From: a candidate division WOR-1 bacterium RIFOXYB2_FULL_36_35
GTDB lineage: Bacteria > Margulisbacteria > WOR-1 > XYC2-FULL-46-14 > XYC2-FULL-37-10
Direction: 5' to 3'
NCBI GenBank assembly: GCA_001771505.1
Contig: MEUA01000027.1
Span: forward strand, 81 to 64,080
Length of the DNA stretch: 64,000 nt
In this document: positions 9,345 through 18,180 of the stretch, one piece after another
Layout of the letters: each line of letters begins with the position of its first letter
Numbering within the stretch: the stretch's first letter is position 1
Notes under the pieces: generated by a model
Databases searched by the model: none
Told to the model about the DNA's origin: nothing
Seen by the model: the letters and a program-made list of their open reading frames with translations, nothing else
Program-made: the position numbers and the translations under genes

Positions 9345-11492
9345 TTGCCTGCAATTTTTAGAAGGATATTACGAAAAAATATTATGCATTCCAATCTTAC
9401 AACCAAAGCAACCTGGGCAGCAAACAAAGGCAACGAACAAAGAATAATGCTCTTAAATAATGGAGCGCGAAATGTCATATTTCCTTATGATTACAACCCC
9501 AAATTCCCACAAAAAGTTAAGGGGCTGTATTGGTTTGTTTTAATAAATTATTTACCAAGCTTTATTCCACTCTTGTATGGAGTTCAATTTGATCCAAAAT
9601 TATGTTTTTCTCCATCAAACATGCCATTATTATCACAAAGAATTGAAAGCGCATCCCCTACTGACGGATATCTTTCCGGCAATGGATCAAGTTCTAATAT
9701 TTCAAATTCTCAAATCAAAATTTTAGCCTCGAAAATTTTTGGATTGATAGACCCAAATGCCGACCCAACCCGCAGTTATACATTACAAGAAATTGCTGAA
9801 GCTTACACAAAAAACCATTCTCAAAAAATTGCCGAAGGAAAGCTACCTCCCCTTTTAACAGAAAAATACTTCTTTTTTAAAAAGTTTGATTTAGAGCTCC
9901 TAAAAAAAGCCGTAGACTATTTAGTTTTCCATAAAAGAGTTTACTGGGAAGACTCAAATACGCTTAAGTATTATAATCAGATTGCACATATAAACAGAGC
10001 AACCGCAGATTTTTGTGACAATCTATCTTCAATAGAAACCTTTCATGAATTGTTCACAGAATTTAAAGAATCCTTAGAAACAGCTCTTTTCGGCAGGGTT
10101 AAAGTCAGTTTGGTTGCGCCTAGAATAAGTGAAAGCGCATCAAGGGCGTCGCTTCAATCTTTAGATTTATTTTCTACGCAAGATTGGGTTAAACTTGACT
10201 CAAAACTTATAAACATGATAAGAGATAGTATCAAATTTGAACATCTGCCTCCTTCTTCTATCGATGAAAAAGATAAAATACGCATTATATATCATGAGAA
10301 GAAATTTGGTATTACCTGCGAGCTAACTTCCGATGATAGTAGGGGGGTTTTGATAAGCAAAAATACAAATCCAACAGACTTAGAAAAGACTTTATTAGCT
10401 TTAGTAGAAAAAGTATTTAATAGAGCAAAAGAAATTTCAGGCAATAAAGCAACTCAAATTCCAACAACATGGCATAAAGAAAAGGAGGCAACTCCTGAAG
10501 CAAAAGACACCCTTCAATTAACGCCTGCTAATGTTAGGGCAAAGGCACAGGGCTCAGCCCAATCAAGAATATCAAAGGCTTCGATTCAATTAACGCCATT
10601 TCTTGCGGGTAGTTTTTTTAAAATGGTAGAGAGAAGAAATCCACAAGGCAAAAAAGAAGAATTTTGTTTAAATATAATGAGGACCCCTGCCATAGCGCTT
10701 GATCCTGTAAAAAAAGAAGAATTAAAAAATAAGATGGTGAAAGCTTTCATTAGAAGTCTTACTCCAGTGACTTGCAAAGAAGGTGAAATTTTTGGAGAGA
10801 AATATAATATTGAGTTTATTTCAAAGTATGTTACAGATGCTTATCTAGAATCTGCGGAAAGGTTAGCGCTCCTGATAGATAAGGATGGTGAAATTTTAAG
10901 TTTTGCTTCTATGAAAAAGGAGGAGGAAGGAGTTTTTAGGTTTTCCGGAACCGTTGTTGACCCTCGCGTTCAAGGATCGAGGTGGTCTGTTGAACTTAAC
11001 GAAAGAATGACTGACGAGGTTTCCAGAGAATATAATAGCCTTAGTAATGGAACTATTCGGCTTCTTGCCTTTACTCCTGCAGATAGAATTGTTGGGTCAT
11101 TGCAGTTTTTAAAAAATATTTACCCCAATGTAAGAACAATGAGATCCCCTACGCAAGAAGAAAGCATCCTTATTGAAAGGTTGCTAAAAAAATATCACAA
11201 AAAATTAGGTCAGACTTTAGAATATGACAAGAAATTCTCTGTTTGGAGAGGAATAACAAAAGTTATTTTGGGCGGGCTTGTCTATGACGGGATACGTCTT
11301 TATCATAAAGATCCAGCTGTTACAAAATTTTGTGATAATATAAAAAGAGAGAATGGCGATATGATGATTATTACTGGATTGTACACCAAATGGACGAGAA
11401 GAGCTTTGATAATAAGACGTTTTTGGAAAAATCATATTGTTGCTCCTTTCCATGGAATAGGTTTTTTCGTATCTCGAAAGTCTTTTTCTTGA
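9345..11492 (+). CDS. Large hypothetical protein (715 aa)
   Basis: Long uninterrupted ORF on the same strand as lpxC. No confident motif, no signal peptide. The start codon is uncertain (TTG 9345 or ATG 9384). Confidence 0.55.
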   Translation: MPAIFRRILRKNIMHSNLTTKATWAANKGNEQRIMLLNNGARNVIFPYDYNPKFPQKVKGLYWFVLINYLPSFIPLLYGVQFDPKLCFSPSNMPLLSQRIESASPTDGYLSGNGSSSNISNSQIKILASKIFGLIDPNADPTRSYTLQEIAEAYTKNHSQKIAEGKLPPLLTEKYFFFKKFDLELLKKAVDYLVFHKRVYWEDSNTLKYYNQIAHINRATADFCDNLSSIETFHELFTEFKESLETALFGRVKVSLVAPRISESASRASLQSLDLFSTQDWVKLDSKLINMIRDSIKFEHLPPSSIDEKDKIRIIYHEKKFGITCELTSDDSRGVLISKNTNPTDLEKTLLALVEKVFNRAKEISGNKATQIPTTWHKEKEATPEAKDTLQLTPANVRAKAQGSAQSRISKASIQLTPFLAGSFFKMVERRNPQGKKEEFCLNIMRTPAIALDPVKKEELKNKMVKAFIRSLTPVTCKEGEIFGEKYNIEFISKYVTDAYLESAERLALLIDKDGEILSFASMKKEEEGVFRFSGTVVDPRVQGSRWSVELNERMTDEVSREYNSLSNGTIRLLAFTPADRIVGSLQFLKNIYPNVRTMRSPTQEESILIERLLKKYHKKLGQTLEYDKKFSVWRGITKVILGGLVYDGIRLYHKDPAVTKFCDNIKRENGDMMIITGLYTKWTRRALIIRRFWKNHIVAPFHGIGFFVSRKSFS

Positions 11493-11527
11493 CACTTAGG
11501 CCGCGCCAAGGACGGTGTCAAGGACGG

Positions 11528-11556
11528 TTGACGCTTTTTCATTAAAACGATATAAT
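11528..11556 (+). promoter_or_regulatory. Near-consensus promoter placed for a leaderless transcript of the sensor kinase gene
   Basis: TTGACG (11528-11533), 17-nt spacer, TATAAT (11551-11556), then 7 nt to the GTG at 11564. No Shine-Dalgarno. Confidence 0.6.
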
Positions 11557-11563
11557 TTCAAGC

Positions 11564-12094
11564 GTGGCCCTTTTTGTAATTTCTAATAGTGTTCTTTTGT
11601 TGATTGCGTTAGCACTTAACCTGGGATTGGCTTTATACATTTATTTTAAAAATCCTAAAGATGAACCTTCCCGTGTTTTTAGTTATTTTCTCATCTCTTC
11701 TGCTTTATGGACGCTAAGTGTTCTTTTATTTTTAAATGCAAAAACTGCAGATTGGGCTATTTTTTTTAGGAGAATGACTCCCGTAGGATCTGGGATGATA
11801 GCGGGCTTAATATTGTACTTTAGCTTTATTTTCCCTAAACAAGAAAGAAAACTTTCAAATACTATTAAAATGGTTTGTCTTTTGCCAGGATTGATTTTTT
11901 CTTTATTTTCTTTATTTACCCCTTTAATGATAAGCCAATTATTAATAAAAGATTATAATTATCCGTTTTTAGGTGGTCCAATTTTTGGGCCTCTTTACAG
12001 AATTTATAGCGTATATTTTATTGTTTATTTTGTTTTAGGCTTGGGCAATTTATTTTACAAATATTTGAAGTCAGTAGGGATAGAGAAGCTCTAG
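11564..12094 (+). CDS. Multi-TM N-terminal segment of a sensor histidine kinase, ended by an in-frame TAG
   Basis: 176 aa of TM helices. Same reading frame as the 12167 ORF. A single TAG at 12092-12094, and the sequence after it continues as membrane protein (IFYILFGIVSSGFFGSIASLILPL). Confidence 0.7.
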   Translation: MALFVISNSVLLLIALALNLGLALYIYFKNPKDEPSRVFSYFLISSALWTLSVLLFLNAKTADWAIFFRRMTPVGSGMIAGLILYFSFIFPKQERKLSNTIKMVCLLPGLIFSLFSLFTPLMISQLLIKDYNYPFLGGPIFGPLYRIYSVYFIVYFVLGLGNLFYKYLKSVGIEKL

Positions 12095-12166
12095 ATTTTT
12101 TATATTCTTTTTGGAATTGTATCATCTGGTTTTTTTGGAAGCATAGCTAGTTTAATATTACCACTG

Positions 12167-14839
12167 ATGGGGTTTTCCTCTTTCTTTACAATTGGTCCTC
12201 CTTTTACTCTTATTATGGCTTTTTTTATCACATATGCCATTATACATTACAAGCTGTTGAACATAGAAAATTTTTTAATTCGCGGAGTGTTGTTTTTATT
12301 CATAATCCTGGCAGTTACTGGTACAATTGTATCTTTTATTCTTGGTTGGGGTAAGTTTTTATTTTCTTTTTATTTGGTTTTGGCAAACCTGGCTTTGGGA
12401 AGTATGGTATTGCTAAACAATGTAAAAAACAAGATTAATCTTTCATTTTTTGGAGTAATCTGCGGAGTCATTTTATGGACAATAGGAGTTTATATCTTTT
12501 TCTGGCATAATACAGACTTAGATATCCTTTTTACAAGCGGCAAGATAGCATTTCTAGGCGCATCTTTTATTCCGGCTTTCTTATTATTTTTTAGCCTTGT
12601 TTTTCCTAAAGAAATAAACCCCATTTCTAAGGTGCAATGGGGACTTATTGTGTTTCCAATTATATTTTTCCCTATATGTGTTTTTAGTAATTTAATTTTA
12701 AAAGAAGTAAGTTTTGGGGCTAATGGAATTATGAGAACATATGGATTTATGTATCCGCTATTTTTATTATATTACTTAATATATTTTGGCCTGTTTTTTC
12801 ATGTTCTTTTTACGAAAGCAAGAAAATTTTCAGGGGTTAACCAAATACAAATTCGCTATGTGGCGTTGGCTTTTGGTTTTTCTGCCCTTATTGCAATTAC
12901 AACAAATTTAATCCTTCCATCAATGCGAATTACTTACCTTACTTTCCTTGGACCTAATTCTACGATAATTTTGATTGGAATTATCACTTATGCAATCCTT
13001 CGCCATCGCTTAATGAGCTTAGAAATAATTATTCAAAAAAGTTTTATTTATGGAATTGCAATGGCAGCTATTATGGCAATTTATGTTATCGCCATAATGT
13101 TCTCCGAACAGTTTCTTAGGGGGATTTTGGGATACAATTCCAACCTTGCAATAGGATCGGTAGTAATAATAATTTCTTTTATTGCTATGCCATTTGTTAA
13201 ATCTCTGCAAGATATAACAGATAAAATATTTTTTAAAACTAAATATGATTACCAAAAAACATTGCGTGACATGAGCCGTAAAATTGCAACCCAAATACGA
13301 GTCGAAGATTTAACAGATTTAATAGTATCAACATTTATAAAAACAATGAAAGTCTCGGAAGTATCCTTTTTGCTTTTGGAAAAGGAGCGGGGAAAATACC
13401 GTTCCGTTCCATTCAATGGAGATGCAGAAGAAAACAAATACAAATATATTGAGATGGATGCGAACGGACCAATACCTAATTGGCTTCTTATGCGAAACGA
13501 TATACTTTTTATAGATGAAATAGAAGACGAAATATCAAAACAAAAAGGGTTCCAGTCTAAAGATGAAGAGATATTTTTAAAGAAAACAAGAGATGATATG
13601 GCGCGTCTCGGAGGGATTATCTGGATACCGGTAATATCAAAGAATGAGCTGACAGCTATAATATTTTTAGGACAAAAAGCATCAGGCGAAACCTTTACGC
13701 TGGAGGATATGGTGCTTCTGATAACGTTGGCAAATCAGGTCGCCGTAGCGCTGGAAAACACAAAACTGTATGAAGAGGTATTAACTGTTAAAAATTATAT
13801 TCAGGATATTGTAGATGCCATGATATCGGGAGTCCTAACAATTGATGTTTACGGAGAAATAAAAATTTTTAATCCGATGGCGGAAAAAATAACCGGCTTG
13901 TCACACAATGATGTTATTGGCAAAAATTTTAAAGAGCTGTTTTTAAACAACGAAATATCAAAAATACTTGAAGCAACTCTTAAAAACAGATGTTTCAACA
14001 GTTTTGAATCAAAACTCATGGTTTCTGACCATTTTGTTCCTGTATCGTTAAGTAGCACAATCCTTGTAAACACTCAAGGGAAAAAGATAGGAGCTCTTCT
14101 TTCAATAACTGACCTTTCCGAAATTAAAGTTTTGGAAGAAAAGGCAAGACGAGTAGATAAAATTTCAGCGCTTGGAACAATGGCCGCGGGGATGGCCCAT
14201 GAAATAAAAAACCCGCTCTCTTCTCTAAATGTTTTTTCTCAACTTCTTCCGCAAAGACGCAACGAAAAAGAGTTTATCGATAAATTGATAGAGACAATGC
14301 CAAAAGAGATAAAACGTATAAATTCAATAGTCGAAACTTTGATGGGTTTTGTAAAATCAAACTCTCCCAGCTTTACTCATTTAAACATAAAAGAGGTCGT
14401 GGAAGATAATGTCAAATATTTCACTGAAAAAGCAAAACTATCTTCCATAGAAATTAATACGCAATATCAAACAAATTTACCTTTAATAACCGCCGACAAA
14501 GAACAGTTATCACAAGTCTTCTCAAATTTAATACTTAATGCGATCCAGTCAATTCACAACAAAGGGGAAATAAATATTGACATAAGAGAAGGAAGGAAAA
14601 TAGAAGGGGTGCTGCAGGATATAATAATAGAAATAAAAGACACAGGACATGGGATTTCACCTGAAAATTTAAAAAAGATTTTTGATCCATTTTTTACAAC
14701 CAAACACTTAGGAACAGGACTTGGGCTTGCCATAACTCACAGTATAATAGACGGACATAAAGGAAGCATCAATATAGACTCAGAGTTAGGAAAAGGGACA
14801 TGGGTTAAAATTATCCTGCCCGTTAAACAAGAATCATAA
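12167..14839 (+). CDS. Sensor histidine kinase (multi-TM, GAF-like, PAS, HisKA, HATPase_c)
   Basis: H-box MAAGMAHEIKNPL, N-box NLILNAIQS, G-boxes DTGHGISPENLKKIFDPFFTTK and GTGLGLAITHSII. The real N-terminus probably lies upstream (see 11564 ORF). Confidence 0.85.
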   Translation: MGFSSFFTIGPPFTLIMAFFITYAIIHYKLLNIENFLIRGVLFLFIILAVTGTIVSFILGWGKFLFSFYLVLANLALGSMVLLNNVKNKINLSFFGVICGVILWTIGVYIFFWHNTDLDILFTSGKIAFLGASFIPAFLLFFSLVFPKEINPISKVQWGLIVFPIIFFPICVFSNLILKEVSFGANGIMRTYGFMYPLFLLYYLIYFGLFFHVLFTKARKFSGVNQIQIRYVALAFGFSALIAITTNLILPSMRITYLTFLGPNSTIILIGIITYAILRHRLMSLEIIIQKSFIYGIAMAAIMAIYVIAIMFSEQFLRGILGYNSNLAIGSVVIIISFIAMPFVKSLQDITDKIFFKTKYDYQKTLRDMSRKIATQIRVEDLTDLIVSTFIKTMKVSEVSFLLLEKERGKYRSVPFNGDAEENKYKYIEMDANGPIPNWLLMRNDILFIDEIEDEISKQKGFQSKDEEIFLKKTRDDMARLGGIIWIPVISKNELTAIIFLGQKASGETFTLEDMVLLITLANQVAVALENTKLYEEVLTVKNYIQDIVDAMISGVLTIDVYGEIKIFNPMAEKITGLSHNDVIGKNFKELFLNNEISKILEATLKNRCFNSFESKLMVSDHFVPVSLSSTILVNTQGKKIGALLSITDLSEIKVLEEKARRVDKISALGTMAAGMAHEIKNPLSSLNVFSQLLPQRRNEKEFIDKLIETMPKEIKRINSIVETLMGFVKSNSPSFTHLNIKEVVEDNVKYFTEKAKLSSIEINTQYQTNLPLITADKEQLSQVFSNLILNAIQSIHNKGEINIDIREGRKIEGVLQDIIIEIKDTGHGISPENLKKIFDPFFTTKHLGTGLGLAITHSIIDGHKGSINIDSELGKGTWVKIILPVKQES

Positions 14840-14856
14840 ACCCTTGATCCCTCTCT

Positions 14857-14884
14857 ATGACAGATAGGCTAAATTTGATATAAT
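14857..14884 (+). promoter_or_regulatory. Extended -10 promoter placed for a leaderless leuC transcript
   Basis: ATGACA (14857-14862), 16-nt spacer, TGaTATAAT (14876-14884), then 7 nt to the ATG at 14892. No Shine-Dalgarno. Confidence 0.55.
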
Positions 14885-14891
14885 AAAACAT

Positions 14892-16148
14892 ATGAATGGA
14901 AAAACAATTTCTGAAAAGATCCTTTCAGAACACTCAAAAACCGATGCAAAAGCTAAAGATATAGTAATCGCCAATCTCGATTTTATGATTGGGCAAGACG
15001 GCACAAGCGGAGTAGCAATAGATTCCTTCAACAAAATGGGAGCAAACAAAGTCTTTGATCCTTCAAAAATAGCAATAATAATAGATCATAGCTCTCCATC
15101 CCCAAACTCAGGAGTATCTGCAATACATAAAAAAATAAGAGATTTTTCAAGGTCTTATGGCATTAAATTATATGATATCGGTTGCGGGGTATGCCACCAA
15201 ATTACTCCAGAACAAGGACATGTCGTCCCTGGAAATTTAGTAATAGGAGCCGATTCACATACATGCACATATGGGGCTATAAATGTTTTTTCCACAGGAA
15301 TCGGATCGACAGATTTAGCCGCGGGAATGATTTCAGGCAAACTTTGGTTTAAAGTCCCGGAGACTATAAAAGTTTTATATAACGGTAAAATTCAGAAAGG
15401 AATATATTCCAAAGATTTAATACTAAAACTTATTGGAGATATAACGTCAGACGGAGCAACTTATATGGCGCTGGAAATTGGGGGGGACGCTATTTCCGAC
15501 TTATCAGTAGACGCAAGATTTACTATATCAAACATGGCGATAGAATGCGGAGCAAAAGCAGGGATTATGGAAGCCGACCAAAAAGTTTTAGATTGGGTAA
15601 AAAGTAACTCGCCTAAAAAAGCAGAGCCTGTATACGCGGACAAAGATGCCATATACGCAAAAACAATTGAAATTGATGTTGAAAAAATAGAGCCTCAGAT
15701 TGCAAAGCCACATACAGTAGACAATGTTGTTCCTATATCAAAAATAGGCGATGTTCCAATCCAACAAGGATATATAGGAACTTGCACAAACGGAAGATTG
15801 GAAGATTTTCAAGTTGCGGCAAAAATTTTAAAAGATAAAAAAATAAATCCAAGCTGCAGATTAATAATAGCCCCCGCGTCAAAAGATATTCTTTTAGATA
15901 TGATAAATGACGGGACATATCAAATATTATTAAATGCCGGCGCAATAGCGGTCACTCCAGGCTGTGGCCCATGTGTCGGCACGCACAATGGAGTTCCCTC
16001 AGATGGAGAAAACGTGATATCAACCGCAAACAGAAATTTTAAAGGGCGGATGGGGAATGTAAATTCTTTCATCTATCTTGGATCTCCGGCAACGGTAGCA
16101 GCCTCTATGATCGAAGGGAAAATATCCGACCCTCGAAAATATCTTTAA
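14892..16148 (+). CDS. leuC: 3-isopropylmalate (or homoaconitate) dehydratase large subunit
   Basis: 418 aa aconitase-family protein. Fe-S ligand region IGTCTNGR ... PGCGPCVG. Pairs with leuD at 18932. Confidence 0.9.
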   Translation: MNGKTISEKILSEHSKTDAKAKDIVIANLDFMIGQDGTSGVAIDSFNKMGANKVFDPSKIAIIIDHSSPSPNSGVSAIHKKIRDFSRSYGIKLYDIGCGVCHQITPEQGHVVPGNLVIGADSHTCTYGAINVFSTGIGSTDLAAGMISGKLWFKVPETIKVLYNGKIQKGIYSKDLILKLIGDITSDGATYMALEIGGDAISDLSVDARFTISNMAIECGAKAGIMEADQKVLDWVKSNSPKKAEPVYADKDAIYAKTIEIDVEKIEPQIAKPHTVDNVVPISKIGDVPIQQGYIGTCTNGRLEDFQVAAKILKDKKINPSCRLIIAPASKDILLDMINDGTYQILLNAGAIAVTPGCGPCVGTHNGVPSDGENVISTANRNFKGRMGNVNSFIYLGSPATVAASMIEGKISDPRKYL

Positions 16149-17769
16149 CCCCAAGAAAGAGAGAAAGAGTTAAGGCTATCCCTTCATCAAGCCCTTTAAT
16201 GTTATTCTCTCCATTCTCAAGCCCCCTTACATACGACCTCGAAATTCCAAGTTTTTCGGCCAGCTCCGTTTGAGACATTCCCAGGCTCTTCCTTTTTTGT
16301 TTTATTAAGCATCCAACAAGAGAAGTTTGGGGAAGATATCTTTTTGCCCTTCTACCGTTAAGTTCCCAATTTCTTACAGAAAAAAATTCAGGGTATTTTT
16401 GAGAAAGATAATAAGCCATTTTTGAAAGCGCTCTAACTTCAATTTGTCCGACCCGTTCTCCTGTTATTTTTAGTTCTACCCCAATTTTTTCTCTGGACAT
16501 AGGTTCATCATATAAATAAAGTCTCGTAAGAATATCTCTTTCTGCAAAAGTTAAAGGAGAGAGAGTAACCCCTTCTCTTACAATTTCATCAATACTCCCC
16601 TCTTGAGTCAAACCATAAGAACTTACGCCCCACAAAGATATGTTTTTTAATTTTAATGGGCTCATACCTTTGGAGTCTAAAGACAATTCAACAGAAAATC
16701 TCTCTTCCCCTATTTTTTTATACCTGCTTAGCAACCATTCTCCTCCGGCCACCTTACGCTCACTATCGCTTAATTTTTTTCCTTTTTCACGTTCAAGGCT
16801 CTTAATCAGTCGTTTAGGCAAAGAATCAATATCAACAACTTCTGCAAGGGCAAGCTCAATTTCTCTCTCCTCAGGTTTATAGCCTAATTCCTTTTCAAGC
16901 CTTGTAATAATATTCCCAACCCTCACACGCTCCTCTCTTCTCCATCCCGGCTCATAAGAAATTTTGCCTGTCCTGGTTTTATCCCCTCTATTAACAAGCC
17001 TAAAAGCTATCAAATTCAACCGCTCTGCTACATACCCGGAAAACAAAACCCCAAGTTCAGGATTAAATTTATCGATAGAGCGTGGAAAATGTTTATAACT
17101 TAACTCTTGCATTAAGTCGTCGCTGTCGGGATTGCCATTTGCAATTCTCTTTATCAACCGGCGATAAAAGTAAACCAACAAATCCCTAGCTTCTTTATTT
17201 CCAGCCTTTGCAAGCATAAGAAGAAATGTCTCTTTTTCAAAATCTAAAGGGAAAGGACCCCTTAAATATCCAGACAAACCAAATTCTCTCCTTTTAATGT
17301 CAGAAAAAAAATCCAATTGTTTTGAAGTCAGAACATCAGGGTTCTTTACAACATAGGAAGCTTTTTGCGCATAACCAAAATTCCATTCCCGCCAGCAGAG
17401 ATAATATGTCTCTTTTTTGCCTTTAACATCAACATCTACCAGATAATTTTTACGATAATCTCCCTTATAAAATTCCAACTCTTCGCTGAAACTGACTCTA
17501 CACAAGGCACCGGGTTCAACGCCAGGAATTAAAAATTTTTCAACTATTCTATGCCTGCTTCTTTCCGCCAATTGAAAGTCGCTCATGCTTAACTCATGTT
17601 CAGATAAAAAGAGTCGCCCCTTTTTATCAGCAAACAAAACCATGTCTTCGTTCAGCAATGGTCCTTTACCCAAAATCCAGAGACCAACGGCAAAGCGCAT
17701 CGCCCTGTCAAGAAAAACAGGTTTTTTAAAAGTTGCAGATGAAGGGACTAAAGAAACAGCGCCAAGCAT
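16105..17769 (-). CDS. Sigma-70-family protein with a long N-terminal extension and a C-terminal XRE-type HTH domain
   Basis: Region 2-like DDLMQELSYKHFPRSIDKFNPELGVLFSGYVAERL. Region 4-like FAERDILTRLYLYDEPMSREKIGVELKITGERVGQIEVRALSKM. C-terminal LIKQKRKSLGMSQTELAEKLGISRSYVRGLENG. SD AAGGAG 5 nt before the ATG. The 3-prime end overlaps the leuC end by 44 bp. Confidence 0.7.
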   Translation of the reverse strand: MLGAVSLVPSSATFKKPVFLDRAMRFAVGLWILGKGPLLNEDMVLFADKKGRLFLSEHELSMSDFQLAERSRHRIVEKFLIPGVEPGALCRVSFSEELEFYKGDYRKNYLVDVDVKGKKETYYLCWREWNFGYAQKASYVVKNPDVLTSKQLDFFSDIKRREFGLSGYLRGPFPLDFEKETFLLMLAKAGNKEARDLLVYFYRRLIKRIANGNPDSDDLMQELSYKHFPRSIDKFNPELGVLFSGYVAERLNLIAFRLVNRGDKTRTGKISYEPGWRREERVRVGNIITRLEKELGYKPEEREIELALAEVVDIDSLPKRLIKSLEREKGKKLSDSERKVAGGEWLLSRYKKIGEERFSVELSLDSKGMSPLKLKNISLWGVSSYGLTQEGSIDEIVREGVTLSPLTFAERDILTRLYLYDEPMSREKIGVELKITGERVGQIEVRALSKMAYYLSQKYPEFFSVRNWELNGRRAKRYLPQTSLVGCLIKQKRKSLGMSQTELAEKLGISRSYVRGLENGENNIKGLDEGIALTLSLFLGVKDIFEGRIFSLRS

Positions 17770-17820
17770 AAAACTCCTTTTTGACTATTTCTGACATTTT
17801 CTGTGTCAATTTTCCTGTAT

Positions 17821-17939
17821 GGGACTGTTGCGAAATGGTCATTCCCGTGAAAACGGGAATCTATTTCTCAGAAAACAAGATAGATCCCCGCTTTCGCGGG
17901 GATGACAAATTGCAAAAACTGTCATTTCGCGACAGTCCC
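17821..17939. mobile_element. Family-B MITE, intact copy with 5-bp target site duplication
   Basis: TIRs gggactgttgcgaaatg / catttcgcgacagtccc. Internal hairpins attcccgtgaaaacgggaat and atccccgctttcgcggggat. Flanked by tgtat (17816-17820) and tgtat (17940-17944). Confidence 0.9.
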
Positions 17940-18098
17940 TGTATAATATGACTGTTGCATATAATAGTATTCGGTCAAAAAAATAAATAATTTCATTTTT
18001 TTATTAATAGAGCAGCTAAAATAAGGCTTGGGCTATCAAAGAGATCAACAGAATAAGGCGCGAATGAAGGGAGCCATTACAAAATACCACAAAAACAC

Positions 18099-18157
18099 AT
18101 ACTGCCCCAGAGATTAACCCCGATTATCCTAATCGGGGTTAATCTGAGACAGTATAT
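18099..18157. repeat. Family-A solo hairpin (collapsed TIR-TIR form)
   Basis: Perfect 16-bp arms agattaaccccgatta / taatcggggttaatct (18111-18145). Imperfect extension atactgccccag / ctgagacagtat. Confidence 0.85.
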
Positions 18158-18180
18158 CTTAAAATTATGATTCGATAAAG

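Noticed and set aside
10880-11100. GNAT-like acetyltransferase fold in the C-terminal third of the 715-aa orphan.
   Set aside because: The acetyl-CoA-binding motif Q/RxxGxG/A is not satisfied (RVQGSR). The resemblance is too weak to annotate.
12092-12094. The in-frame TAG in the sensor kinase as evidence for stop-codon reassignment (alternative genetic code).
   Set aside because: TAG terminates well-conserved genes at their expected ends in this same window (tuf at 7205-7207, bioD, uppS). Genome-wide recoding is therefore unlikely, and a local nonsense mutation or sequencing error is the simpler explanation.
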